Assembly (NCBI RefSeq): GCF_006345805.1
Contig: NC_043012.1
Coordinates: 37,944,001 to 38,008,000 of the forward strand
Length of the DNA: 64,000 nucleotides
Direction: 5' to 3'
DNA from: Octopus sinensis
Taxonomy: Eukaryota
Shown here: positions 25,588-38,565 of the stretch, piece by piece
How the letters are laid out: each line of letters opens with the position of its first letter
Position numbering within the stretch: the stretch's first letter is position 1
Program-made: the position numbers and the translations under genes
The notes under the pieces: generated by a model
Databases searched by the model: none
Told to the model about the DNA's origin: nothing
Seen by the model: the letters and a program-made list of their open reading frames with translations, nothing else

Positions 25588-26545
25588 ACATGCTGAACTG
25601 GCAGGATTGTTGCCATGCCAAACAAGATGCTGCTAAGCATTTTGTCTGTCCTAACGTCCTGAGTTCAAATTTTACCAAAATGGATTTTGCCCTTCATCCT
25701 TTCAGGGTTCATAAAAGATATGCCAGCTGAACACTAGGGTTGACGTAATTGATTAGCACCCCTCCCCCCCAACCGCCCAACAAAAATTTCAGGCCTTTGC
25801 CTATTAGTAGAAAGAATTAGAATCATCACCAATGTGCGGGACAAAGTGCTTACCAGCATTTCCTCCGTCTTCATGTTCTGAGTTCCATCAAAGTCGACTT
25901 CACCGTTCGTCTTTTTGGGGTTCATAAAAATAAGTACCAGTTCAGTACAAGGGTTGATGTAATCAACTAGACATCCCCACACAAAAGAAAAACATTTCAT
26001 GCCTTTTGCCTATGGTAAGGAGAATTATTGTTGTTGTTGTTGTTGTTGCTGTTGCTGCTGCTGCTGCTGTTGTTGATGTTGTTGTTAAGGTGGTGAACTG
26101 GTAGAATCGTTAACATGCCAGGTGAAATGTTTAGCGGTATTTCATTTGCTGCTATGTTCTGAGTTCGAATTTTACTAAGGTCAACTTTGTCTGTCATCCT
26201 TTCGGGGTCAATAAAGTAAGTACCAGTTGAACATTGGGGTTGATGTAATCAGCTTGATCCCTCCCCCAAAGTAGCTGCCATTGTGGAAAAATTTGAAACC
26301 ATTATTATTATTATTATTAAGGCGATGAGCTGGCAGAATCGTTAGCACACAGGATGAAATACTTAGCAGTAATTATTATTGATGCAGCGAGCTGGCAGAA
26401 TCATTAGCATGCCTGGTGATACGCTTAGTGGCATTTCGTCCATCCTTACGTTCTGAGTTCAAATTCTGCCAAGGTTGACTTTACCTTTCATCCTTTCGGC
26501 GTCAATAAATTAAGTACCTGCCCCCAAAATTTCAACCTTGTTCAT
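25588..26545 (+). mobile_element. Tandem cluster of at least four copies of the second SINE family, separated by (TTA)/(TTG) tracts
   Basis: Repeated gagctggcagaatcgttagca...gttctgagttcaaatt...ctttcatcctttcggggtcaataaa..aagtacc. Confidence 0.75.
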
Positions 26546-26637
26546 ATAATTATTATTATTATTATTATTTCCTGTCATATTTTAATGGTTTTTTAATGAA
26601 TGTTTTGAAAGTTAAGAGAACTTTTGTTGTTCCCTAG

Positions 26638-26754
26638 GTACCTGATACAAACGAGTTTGAACTGATTGTGGATAGTGTGGAAGAACTGAGGGATCTTGTT
26701 GCCAAATTTGCAGCCCAAGATCCCCCATCTGGCTCCAGAGGCAGGAAACCAAAA
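26638..26754 (+). CDS. BRD10: BRD10/KIAA2026-like exon (VPDTNEFELIVDSVEELRDLVAKF...SRGRKPK)
   Basis: ccctag| acceptor, aaa|gtaagt donor, 117 nt, phase 0/0. Helical FELxxDSVEELRxL segment. Too short for the ORF track. Confidence 0.85.
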
Positions 26755-26850
26755 GTAAGTCTCCCTGCAGTACATTGTTTCTGTTTATATTTGTATGACC
26801 CCATGCTAGCATGGAAAAGGGACGCTAAATGATATGTGCCTGTTGGGGAG

Positions 26851-27221
26851 AGATTGTGTGGAAGGAGGAGGTAGAATTGCATGGAAGGAGGAGGTGGGGT
26901 TGTGTGGAAGGAGGAGGTGGGGTTGCGTGGAAGAAGGAGGTGGGATTATGTGGAAGGAGGAGGTGGCATTGCATGGAAGGAGGAGGTGGCATTGCATGGA
27001 AGGAGGAGGTGGCATTGCATGGAAGGAGGAGGTGGGATTGCATGGAAGGAGGAGGTGGCATTGCATGGAAGGAGGAGGTGGGATTACGTGGAAGAAGGAG
27101 GTGGGATTACGTGGAAGAAGGTGGGATTATGTGGAAGGAGGAGGTGGCATTGCATGGAAGGAGGAGGTGGGATTACGTGGAAGGAGGAGGTGGGATTGCA
27201 TGGAAGGAGGAGGTGGGATTG
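26851..27221. repeat. G-rich minisatellite, 23-bp unit (tggaaggaggaggtgggattgca) about x16
   Basis: Period 23 (e.g. tggaag at 26882 and 26905). Explains the overlapping repetitive ORFs. Confidence 0.9.
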
Positions 27222-27754
27222 CTTGAAAAGCAATCTCCTTCCACTGTATGGAAGGAGAAGCTGTGTGGTATCAATGTCCAGTTTGGTGGCCATTCTTACG
27301 TGACCTGCAAGACAGAGATAGAATTTCTAAAATATCCAAGCTGTAAATCTTGAACATTTACAAGAATTGTATTGGTTCATTTTCACAGTCAAGTATTAAA
27401 CAAACAATTTTTCTAACCTTGAATGTATGTTGAAATCTTCTGAAGAGGATCCAAAATGTGTGATGTGTGTGACATGAGAAATAACTTTTGTTCACCTGAA
27501 AATATTAATTGCTCTGCACTTCTCTAGAGCAGCATAAAATACCTCATGGTGTTTATTTTCTTTGACCTTAAAATTTCAAAAAATGCTAATGAGTTTCCTG
27601 GACAACAATGTCTGTGGTCACAATTCTTACTCATCTGGTGTGATGTGCATGACAAAAACAGATGCAGGGGCAGAGTATTGTAGTTCACTTGAAGCATTGT
27701 GTATTGTTTGTAAAATACAGTTGTGTCTTGAATGGCACAACGGTGCACTATAAC

Positions 27755-28058
27755 AACAACAATGGACGTATGATAGCTGTTGTAATTTAATTATCCATAG
27801 TCTGACATAATAATAGTATTTCAGAATTAAAAAAAAATGTCCTTCTTCAGATATCACTAGGAATTGTTTGAGCCACTGCTACAAATGGTTTTCTGAAAAA
27901 AAAAAAAGATTTCAGTAACCATTGGAAACCCATTTGTAGCAGTGGCTCAAACCATTCCTAGCAATATCTGAAGAAGGAATTTTTGCATTCCAAAACATCA
28001 TTATTATATCAGACTATGGATAATGAAATTATCACCGTTATTATAGCCCATTGTTGTT
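27755..28058. repeat. Imperfect fold-back inverted repeat (MITE-like), arms about 140 bp
   Basis: ttatccatagtctgacataataat..ccttcttcagatat..ctaggaat.gtttgagccactgctacaaatgg pairs with ccatttgtagcagtggctcaaac.attcctag..atatctgaagaagg..attattatatcagactatggataa. Confidence 0.85.
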
Positions 28059-28066
28059 TATGACAT

Positions 28067-28121
<55 letters not shown>

Positions 28122-28720
28122 TCTGAATTTAGTCTACAGACCCTCAGTACTACCTTTGCAGACCCCAGGTTGGGAATCACTGATCTAGGAGTAGGCTACT
28201 CCAATGTAAAACCTACAGCTTGCCGGTCACTGTAGCCTACTGAACCATTGTGGTCAGGCCTCCAAATCTAAACAGGGATCGGATTGCGCAAACTGGCTCT
28301 TACTTTAAAACTACCAAGTCTAGGCAGGAAGAAAACCCTGCAGTAAGTGACTACAGACAAAAACGGCAAGTGCTGGATGGTACTGGCTGTCACAGACAGC
28401 CTCAACATTGCATGTAGGTGATTCAGGGTATTGATTGCCTGTACGCTGACCAGAGACAACTGTTAAAGGAAGACACATTCTCATGCCCTGCTCCATCTGG
28501 CCAAAGCTCTAAGTGTGCCAGAGCCGGCTGTTTTAGTATAAGTTTATATAAGCACTTGAGGTCATGTCACTTTTCCTCATGATATTAGCAAAGAATTGCC
28601 ATCATCATGCCACCAACTATTTGAAGTATTTGTATCTTGACTGTAGAGTTTTCTGGATGTTTGTGTTTACAAATTTACAAATTCTGTTCTCTTCCTCATT
28701 CTATAACCTTTCTGTTACAG

Positions 28721-28906
28721 GTGAAACCTCCTGCTCGTAAACGCTGTGTCATTGAGCTGCACTCTCGTCTTAATTACCTGCTCAAAGAACTGGAACCTTG
28801 GGAAGCGAAACTCATCCAGGCCAACCGGCGAGCACGAAGGAAAATGAAACGAGAGCAAGAATCTTTCAAAGAAGAACAAATTCGTCCAACTCGGAAAGAA
28901 TTAAGG
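28721..28906 (+). CDS. BRD10: BRD10/KIAA2026-like exon (VKPPARKRCVIELHSRLNYLLKELEPWEAKLIQANRRARRKMK...ELR)
   Basis: gttacag| acceptor, agg|gttagg donor, 186 nt, phase 0/0. Lies inside ORF 28637..28957. LLxELxPWExKL resembles KIAA2026. Confidence 0.87.
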
Positions 28907-29555
28907 GTTAGGCTTTTTCTTTTGTCTTTTTACTTTGTATTCTTGATTTCCTTCTGAAGTTGGTTTGGTTCTGTTCTCCAATCTATTTAACTCAAGAGAG
29001 GTTCTGTAGGACCTACTAAAATCTCTGGAAATCACACCTTAGCATTTAAACTAGCCATATCTGGCCCAAATATTCTACATGTTTTCTATTCAAATTGGCC
29101 AGATCTGGCCTTTCACACCTAACCTACTCTGACATTCTAAAAATAACCAATCACATAATTGAAACCTCAAACCTATCAGAGAATAATATGCATCGTTATT
29201 AGTTCAAAATCAATTTGAATATAAAAGCAATATGTTTGACAGGGGTCAAAGGGAACATACGTGTGTGTGTGTGTGTGTGTATATAACTATTTAAAAAAGC
29301 ATCATCATGATGCGTTTTCCATGCTGGCATGGGTGGAATAGTTTGACAGGGTTGCATTGAGTCAGCTTTAGCACAGTTTTTGTGGCTTTCAGGGATTTCT
29401 CAGAGCCTGGGAGAATTTTCCTTAATGCTTCTGGAATCTTATTAAACATTATGTTATAGAAGTTGAAGGATTTAGTGACTATAAAATAGGAAAAAAAAAT
29501 ATTGTAAAAATTATTACTTTATTTGATTTTTTTTCTATATTTTTTTCTTTTATAG

Positions 29556-32500
29556 AATTCTCGTTCATCTCATGGCAGCAATTCTTCAGCTGGAAAAAGC
29601 ACATTCAGCGATAAAACTCCAACCAACTCAACACCAAGTTCCAAATTGAGGCCCTCAACATTAAGCAAGAGAAACAGAGGAACCCTTTTGTCATCCTCCA
29701 CCTCATTGTTGCCAATCATCGATGATGATTACCCTGATGTAAGTTCAAGAGGACGATTACGCAAACGTAGAATCATCCCAAACAATATTGAGACTGATTT
29801 AAACCCAAAGAAAAGAAGACTTTCCAAAGATAACAGTTCTGACTTGATGCGCAGTAAGAAAAGCCCAAACTCTGCAAAAGGGCTGAAGAATGTAGATCAG
29901 TCCACTACAGCATCTGTGACAAATAGTAGTGGTATTACCGTTGCCACTGCTGCTACTATCAGTAAGGTTAGTGTGGCTGGATTGATTACCCAAACAGGGT
30001 TAAATGTTAGTGGGTCGGAGGGCAATACTGTATTGACAACAGTTGCGGCACTTGGCAAGTCGTCAGGAATCAAACAAACCTCCTACCCGGTCATTCACCA
30101 GCTGCTGTCCAGCCGTCACAATACCTCTTACACTACTGCACAAGTCTCATCGACACCGGTCACTATCACAAAAACGGTTTCTTCAAAGACAATAACCATG
30201 CAGCCATTGGCCAGTAATTCTGGAACCAAATTTATAACGAAAATCAGTCACGATTCTGGGCAGAAGCTTAATCAACAGACTGTCAACATTAGCAACAACA
30301 GCGGCACGGCCCAGGGTGGTACTGTAAACAAAGTTCAGTATTATACTAATCTTTCAAGTTTACCTCCACAGATAATACAGCAACTTCTGAAGAATGTCAA
30401 TTCTGGTGATGGGGCTGCTGGCAAAGTTGGTCACACGTTTGTGTTGTCGTCTGTTAACCAAGCGAATAATGTTGTCCTTTCACAGAAGCCTGTCGCTACT
30501 ACCCAGCCTGATAAAACCAGAGTGAACCTCATGGCAAACTTTGTTGCCAACCAACCTATTTCCAGCACAAAAACGAGCCTTAATTCAACAATAGAGACTG
30601 TCCAGTCCACATCTTCGGCCACTGCTACAACCACAGCAGCCAGCAATGTCACTCACAACCCAAATATCATGCATACAGTTCTTCAACCACAGTTCCAGGT
30701 ACTTTTAAATCCAGCCTCACAGTCATCTGCTTTAAAGACCTCTGTTGTGAGTTTGGCTCAGAACCAATCAAAAACTGCTGTTAGAACACATCAAGGGCCT
30801 GTATATGTTATTTCTAAGCCAGGCATTGCTTCACAGATTCTTGGTGCAACAAAACTTATTGCAAACACCCCAGTGAATAGTGCTCAGTGTTTGTCTAGTC
30901 CTTCATTAAAACTTGGCAATATCATTGACCAGTCATACAGCAGTACTAACACCCCATCTAAAGCAGTCTCTTCTACCAGCAGCAGCACAATTCAAAATAT
31001 TAATCCGAGAGAATCGAAACTGACCAACATGATAATAGGCTTAGACAATCAAACTGCCCCATCCACAGCATTATCTCAAAATCCTTTGCTTAACCAATCT
31101 GTAGCTCTTGATCCTCACCTGGTCACAACTTCAAAGACGAAAGTAACGAAATCACCTGGGAAATATGCCTGCAATGTGACAGTTAAAAGCTTATTGGAGA
31201 GTCGTGCTGCTAAGAAAGTTAATGAGGATGTACTTGAAAATGCTTTAATCACCGCTGAAAGTCAGGTGACTGCTACTCAGATGACTTCTGTAATTAATCA
31301 GCCTCTCAGTACTAACGATGCCACAGTTAAACTCCTACCGGCTTTATCATCTTCGGTCAATGATTCTGCCCATGTAGCGAAGAACACTTGCTTGCTAAGC
31401 TCTGTACAGTCTCAGCAGCCCGAAGTAAAAAGCAATTCTGTCACTGGCGTTACATCACTCGCTTCTGCAGTAACTGTCATGCCTGCTGTTCAGGCACGCA
31501 AAAGTATTACTCACACCACTCAGAGTAACAAGTCACCAATCACCGTTACGCCACAAAGGATTCCACATTCAACTTTTGACAATGCAAAGAACAACAATCT
31601 CCTTTCCTTGCAGTCTACTACCATAGGGCAGGCTGTTCCTGCGGGAACAAACATCCGAGTTAATATTCCTCAGGCTGCATTACTCGCTCAGACCGGTTTG
31701 AATACACTGAAACCAGCAGCAGGGAGGTCACTGGCCATTTTGCAGCCTGCAACATCGATTGCTAACTCTAAGAATGTCATTCTGAAAGTTGTGCCCCAAA
31801 ATATTTTGACAACCACTTCAACCAATCCGATCAGTGAACAATCGTTAAAGGCTGTCACCAACATGCAGACATCACCCTTACAACCAGCAACCAACTTAGT
31901 TTCCAGCAGAACTTTGTCTCAATCTGATCTGAAGCAGTTTGCTGCTTTACCCCAACAAATTTTAACCACAGCCAATCCAGCCATTCCCAAATCAGTTGTT
32001 GACCAAAAGCTTGCTGATGCTGCCAAAGTAGTTTGTAAACAACCTGTAGCTAATGTTGTCAGTGGTAAGGCCAACCCAGCATCAGTCTTGAATGTGGGAC
32101 TGCAGAATGCAGCTGTTGGAGTTCCATTATCTATGCAAGGACCTGGTGGTCAAAGTATTTTACTTTTGTCCCCTAAGGATCAGAACTTACAGCAACAGAA
32201 AGCCATTGGTGTCATCCCTGTTCAGTCAGAACAAAATGCAACAGAAATTGTAAAGAAGTTCACCTCTGTACAACAAATTTCTTCTCTCTCAACTCCTGCA
32301 ATTCAGATCATACCATCTCAGAGCACCAATTCTGCTGTCACCAATATAGCTTCATTACGGGGCCAACTACTTCAGACCACTCAAGGGAACATTATCCTAA
32401 CCACTCCAACCATCTCCTCTGGTTCCTCTCACTCTGGCACTATTTCCCATCTATTACAGTCATCTTTAGGAAAACAAACAGTGATAATATCGGGGTCGAC

Positions 32501-33293
32501 TAATGACGGTCAGCCTGCTGGCCACACGGCAGCCACCACCCCTAACACAACCACCACCATCTCACTACCTGAGAAAAGTTCCTTGAGAAATTCTTTACCG
32601 AATGTCCAAGCTGTCCAGTTAAAGAGTGACTCTGGCAGCAACACAATTCCCTTAACATTAAGTTCTAATGTGTTGCGGTTGGACGGTGCCACTGTTGCTC
32701 AACCTCACTTAACTACTGCTCCAGCTGGTAACAACTTGATAACTTTTGGTTTATCTCCTGTTGGTCTCCCAACAAATCTGATTACAAACTCTGTTGGCAC
32801 ACAACTTCTTAATGACCCTTCTTCCCTCACTACCAACACTTCTTTATCTTCATCATCATCATCATCATCATCATCACCAGCATCATCATTATCAACAATA
32901 TCATCGTCGTTGTTGACGTCTTCTTCGTCATCGTCATTGCAACAACTTCAGCTTCAGTCACAATCTCCACAACTTGTCTCATCAACATTGAATCCTCAGT
33001 CAGTTTCTGGTCAGCAAGCGACTCTGGCGATTCCTACTGGCATCAGACCAACTCTATCAAATCCTTCAAAGCTGCCAGCTGATTCTTCGAAACCCGATGG
33101 CTTTCCGTCAGCTGTCACCCCAGTCAGTGAGTTCTCTCGAGCTGTGCAACAGAGACCACACTTAGTTCAAAATGTGTCGTTTGTCAGCAGTAATGCGAAT
33201 CAGCTTTTGACCACAGTGAAGAATGCACAAGTTCAAAATATAGTTCCTGCTGCCAGTAGGGCAATGACAAACCCAACACGAACCACAGACCTC

Positions 33294-33325
<32 letters not shown>

Positions 33326-34832
33326 CAACAACAGCAGCAGCAGTCTGACGTCAAATGTACTTGGTGTAACCCAAGTTACTCTTCCTACAACAGTTCCATC
33401 GTTGGGAACCAGCACCACAATGGTAACAGACATTTCTAAATTATCTCCACAGGTCGTTACTAATTACATGCGACCAAACAGTATCCAAACAGCTAAAACA
33501 GTAGCACAGACTCCTGTTAAGAACAGACACATGATTCTCCAACAGAAGCTCTCCTCTCCTCCAACATTACAACAAGCGCAGAAGCCTGTGGTGTCTCCCC
33601 AAATTCAACAGAAGCAAACAAACTTTGTTTCCAATCCACAACCCCAAACCTCAAATCTCTCCAACAACCTGCTCAATGTGAACCGGACTTCTTCTTGTCC
33701 CGCAGTAGGTGTCCAGCAACTGGTTTTGTACAGCATTGGTGGCCAGTTGGTAACACCACAAGGAATCCCAGTGACATTGGAAAACGGAGTTTTGAAAATT
33801 CTAACTGCTCCACCAGCAGCAGCAACAGCAGCAACTGCAACACCAGCAGCAGCAACAGCAGCAGTGACTTCAAATCAAATTATGCTCGTTCAGAGTCCGA
33901 ATCCATCAGGGATAGGTTCACCTACGACCCAGGCCCAGCTTCGATGCTCCACCCCAGTAGCAAATGCATTGTCTAAGGTTCTAAAACCTTCCCAACCATT
34001 GCCTTCTGCAGCACAATCCTTTCTCCTCTCCCCTACTTCCAACATTAGTCCAACAAACTCCATTGCCTCTTCCTCTCTCTCCATGCCCACCCAGTTAACC
34101 TATGCCGTCCCTGCTCAGGCCATTCTGCCAACAGGAACCGACATACACCGGCAGTATTTACCTAAACTCAACAGCAACACCAACACTGTTGTTGCTACTA
34201 CTACTACTACTATTCCCCCTACTGCCATCACCACCACTACTACCACCACATCAAGCAACAACAACAACAGCAACAATAATGCTTTAACATCCATTACCTT
34301 CACTCCGACACTTACATCTTCTCTGCCATCTATGATATCGAATCCGTGTAAAATATCTCCATCGTCAGCCCTGATACCCATCTCAGACTCTGTCTCGGGT
34401 GCCAAACTGTCTGCAGCCTCTACAAATCTCACTGATATGTATTTGAATAAAATTTCCTTGCCCGCCTCTTCAGACACCAAATCTGGAACGACAATGGTCA
34501 TCATGGCAGCAAACCCTTTGCAGTCGGGCGGCCTGAAGGCCACCAAGCATTCCATTTCTGCGCAGAGCAGTTCCTCCTCTTCTAATGGTCAAGCGCTGAC
34601 CACCCCCGTGCAAGTGGGCAATCTGGTCAGTCTCAATTCACTGGGCAGACTCCATTTCACCACCACCAACACTCTCACATCTCCGAATAGTAAAAGCAAA
34701 GGTCAGTCGGGGGAGAAAGAAGACTCCTCTTTTGAGGGCGCAGCCATCTTGCTGAGTTTGGCTCAGCAGGCGCCGACCGCTGGCCAAACTGCAGCAGCTG
34801 TCTCTTTTAATCCACAGACCACTAATAGCTAA
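29556..34832 (+). CDS. BRD10: Terminal coding exon of the BRD10/KIAA2026-like gene, about 1758 aa, S/T/Q/N/V-rich low complexity
   Basis: ttatag| acceptor at 29555/6 is in frame with the 1728-aa ORF (90 nt upstream of its TTG); stop TAA at 34830-34832. A very large disordered last exon is also typical of vertebrate KIAA2026. Confidence 0.88.
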
Positions 34833-35824
34833 CGACATCGGTCAGTTAGGGATTCTGCCATTTACCATTTTATCACAAAATAAACTGAAACACACAAAAA
34901 CACACAAAAACACACACACAGGAAAAAAATTGTCGCAGTTTTTCAAGGTATTTTTTTCCATCTCTTTACTTCTTTCCTTCCTTCCTTCCCTCCCTCCTTC
35001 CCTTCTTTTATTATGTAAAAGGTTTCTTTCTCTTTTGTCCTCCTCTTCCTCCTTCCCCTCCTCCTCCCTCATGCTGGCCATGGGCTTAAAAGTATGCTGA
35101 TGCGGTTTCAATTCCAGGTTGTTATGCAAAAGAAACAAAATAAAACCCACAACTGCAACAAATAAAAAAGAAAAACAAACACTGCAAAAAAAAAAATGAA
35201 AATCTACAAAAAACAACAAAAATCAAATCCCCCTCCCCCTCCACCCCCCATTCTAAAACAAGTAATATTATCACAGAAATTGTGTGTGTGTGTGTGTAAA
35301 TTTGAGCAGATGTTTGTGTGTGTGCGCATGCTTGTATATTTGTGTGTGTATATATATCTATTTGTATGAATGTGTGTATATGCATATTTGTGTGCATGTG
35401 CACCCAAATCAAACCTGATACTAGACACGCTCCAATGTCTCCCCCCCCCCCATTACATCTTTTTGTTTTATTTGTGCTTAATTAATCTTTAAGAAAAAAA
35501 AAAAGTCACCACTTTCATCTCTGCCGTGACATCAACATTTACAGAGAACATTTAAGGGTCCCTGCCCCCTTGGGCACCCTTGTTTTTATTGTTTTATTAA
35601 TTTCAAAGGCATTTCTATACACAAAACCTTTTCATAGCATCACATGATGACTAGTTTTTGTTTCATACGTGTGTGTGTATATATATATATGCACGTACAC
35701 ACACAAACGTGTGGTGAGTATGTTTAAGTAATTTTATACATATATATATATGTATATATATATATGTATGTATGTGTGTATATATGTATGTGTGTATATA
35801 TATATATATGCATGAATATATATG

Positions 35825-35869
<45 letters not shown>

Positions 35870-35968
35870 CTATACACCACAAACACAAACGTGTGGTGAG
35901 TGTGTTTAAGTAATTTTATACATACATACATATATATATATATGTATGTATGTATGTATGTATACATG

Positions 35969-36002
<34 letters not shown>

Positions 36003-36290
36003 GAGTGAAGGCACATGGCCTAGTGGTTACGATGTTGCACTCACGTTTGCGTGACTGTAGTTTCGAATCTCCGACCGGGTGATGCGCTGTGTTCTTGGGC
36101 AAAGCACTTCATCACATGTTTTATCTGCGATGACGTCTGACATGTTGCATGCCATGCACCCGTGCCGGCTTGACGCAGGAGGGAGTGCGCTCAGGTGCAG
36201 GACAAACATTTGATCACCTCAAATGAATAATCGTGTGTGCAGGTCATTTAATAAGAAGCCGTGGCACCATCTTTTGCCGTTCACGACAGA
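36003..36290 (+). mobile_element. Third tRNA-derived SINE family
   Basis: A-box tggcctagtggtta, B-box gtttcgaatct, then tgtgttcttgggcaaagcactt core. Confidence 0.6.
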
Positions 36291-36486
36291 AGAGCCGTGG
36301 CACCATCTTTTGCCATTCACGACAGAAGAGCCGTGGCACCATCTTTTGCCGTTCACGACAGAAGAGCCGTGGCACCATCTTTTGCCATTCACGACAGAAG
36401 AGCCGTGGCACCATCTTTTGCCGTTCACGACAGAAGAGCCGTGGCACCATCTTTTGCCGTTCACGACAGAAGAGCCGTGGCACCAT
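36257..36486. repeat. Near-perfect tandem repeat, 36-bp unit x6.4
   Basis: agccgtggcaccatcttttgccRttcacgacagaag. The single variable site runs g,a,g,a,g,g; there are no spacers. Confidence 0.95.
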
Positions 36487-38219
36487 GCAGCCACACACAT
36501 GCAATCAGAATGTATTTTAAATGTTTCTATGTTTATTTAATTACTGTTTTGTCATGTTGTCTGGTCCCTCCTTTTGCAGTCCATTTGGAAGAGAGTTTCC
36601 TGAAGTGGGGACACATAAGGGAAAAATAAAATAAAAAAAGAAAATCAACACCAACTGAAGAAAAAAAAAATAAAAATGGAAAAAAGAAAACATTAAAAAA
36701 AGAAGAAAAGAGCAAACATTGATGCTAATAAAACTATTTATATGTTGTGGGAAGATTGAGTGAATCCCTGACCTAGATTTGATGCGGTTATGGGACTGGG
36801 TCTTACCCAACAAAAATACAGAAGAAGGATGAGACAATAATAATAATGATAATATTGATATTACTATTACTAATATTGATGATGATGCTAATAAACACTG
36901 ATGAACAGGTATAAAAACAAAAAAAACCCTAAAAAAGAATCTGTCTCAATTTTTCTTTTACCAATTTTCTCAGATTGGATGGAAGTTAAAAACATAATGG
37001 AAACCTTGCAAAACCACGAGCGAGTCAGCCCCTAAACAAACCATATTTAAAATTGGAAGGGTCTGCTTTTCCTCCATTGTTGTATTTTCTTTTTGTTTTT
37101 TTGGAAACAGACTTGTGTTGTCCATGTGCCTTCCATATCATCATCATCATCATCATCATCATCAGCATTGTCATCACCATCATTAATTCTTCTCATGTCC
37201 ATCATCATGACCATCATTAATTTCTTGTTTATTTTGTATTTTATTGTTTTGTCTGAAAAACAAAGATGCTTTCCTTCCATCTTCCTCCCCCCCCCACACA
37301 CACGACGCTGACCCCTAGTCATAAAACATCAAACTTCAACGCTAATAATTAACCTCACAATACATAGAAACAAATGGGACAACAACAGTAATAATAATGA
37401 CTTAAGATTTTTGCCAGAAGGCCAGCTTGGTGGGAGTGAGGGATTAAGTCGACTGCTTTGACCCCAGTATCTCACTGGTACTTAATTTATCAACCTTGAT
37501 GAAAGGCAAAGTCGACTTAGGTGGAATTTGAACTCAGAACTTAGCAACAGGCGAAATACTGCTAAGTATTTCGTCCAGCGTGCTAATGATTCTGCAAGCT
37601 AACCACCTTATAAATAATAACAATAACAACAATAATAAGCTCCCTGATCCATTGAAACTATGGCAATCTTTCCACTTCCTCTTCTCCATTCCCATTACAA
37701 ATCATTTTTCTTTTTGTTATTTTACTTCCAAAGAAAATGAGGGTGGAAGGACCCCCCCCTCTCCTTTGGGTTTTTAAAACTAAAATTACTTAATTATCAC
37801 TTCATTACACTCATTCACCTCAACTTCTACAACCCCCCCCCCCCCTATCTTTCTGTCCCTTGTTATCTCACTCTATCACCCACACACTTTCTATCAGTTT
37901 ATCATTTTCTCCCTCCTTTTTTTTGCTGTTCCCTCTCTTGAAATTCTAATTAAGATTATTATAATACTTTTCTTTGTTCTGTTTTTTTTTTTTGTTTGTA
38001 GGTTTAAAAAAGCAACAACAAAGAAAATTTAAGTAAAAATAAAAGTATAATTATAATGAAAAAAAAAAAGAAAACTATCCTAAAGTGTGTTGTATGTGCC
38101 AACTCCTGCTGTCTGTTGTGCATTCACTTCTGGCCTCTAGGGTCCTGAGTAACTGTTTCTAGAAGAAATATTTGAAACCCCTCTCCCCATCTTACAGACT
38201 CTCCCACTAATATACATAC

Positions 38220-38251
<32 letters not shown>

Positions 38252-38511
38252 GTTAAATAAAATGAGACAACAATGCCAAGGTAATGTGAACTTTCTAGGA
38301 CATCTATTAAGAGAAAGGTGGCCTTACAGCTGTTTCAGGGATGTAAAAGATACCCCATCATCAGAGAGAATATGAGAGAGTTAAGTAGAAGGAAATAGCA
38401 GATATATATTAAAGATAGTTATGGCTGGGCTTTGGGGTTCTGTCTTAATCTAACCACTTTGCTGCTCTGTAACTTAAATTGTGCTTCTCTTTCGTATTTA
38501 TGAATTGCTGA

Positions 38512-38513
<2 letters not shown>
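38252..38513 (-). mobile_element. ORF-less element between (TA)n tracts carrying a minimal type I hammerhead motif (38322-38367)
   Basis: Minus strand: tct CTGATGA t gggg tatcttttacat ccct GAAAC AGCT GTA agg; stem III is palindromic. Confidence 0.65.
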
Positions 38514-38557
<44 letters not shown>

Positions 38558-38565
38558 TATACATA

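Larger units (their letters stand above)
34833..38043 (+). other. Putative long 3' UTR of the BRD10-like gene (end uncertain)
   Basis: A/U-rich, stop-rich sequence after the stop codon; candidate AATAAA at 35139, 35161 and 38038. Confidence 0.35.

Noticed and set aside
26806-27353. Overlapping Gly/Trp/Arg-rich ORFs on both strands
   Set aside because: Artefact of a 23-bp stop-free minisatellite; the same peptide rotates through the frames.
29036-29256. Possible piggyBac-like MITE (cctttagcatttaaac...aaaggg)
   Set aside because: The termini are eroded and no TTAA target duplication is visible; only one copy in the window, so not supportable.
29646-34832. The 1728-aa ORF as a stand-alone intronless (mucin-like) gene
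   Set aside because: It starts at TTG, the frame is open back to a splice acceptor at 29556 and it joins upstream BRD10-like exons in phase. There is no signal peptide.
36257-36486. 36-bp repeats resembling a CRISPR array, and repetitive ORFs on both strands
   Set aside because: The units are contiguous with no unique spacers, there are no cas genes and the context is eukaryotic. The ORFs follow from a stop-free unit divisible by 3.
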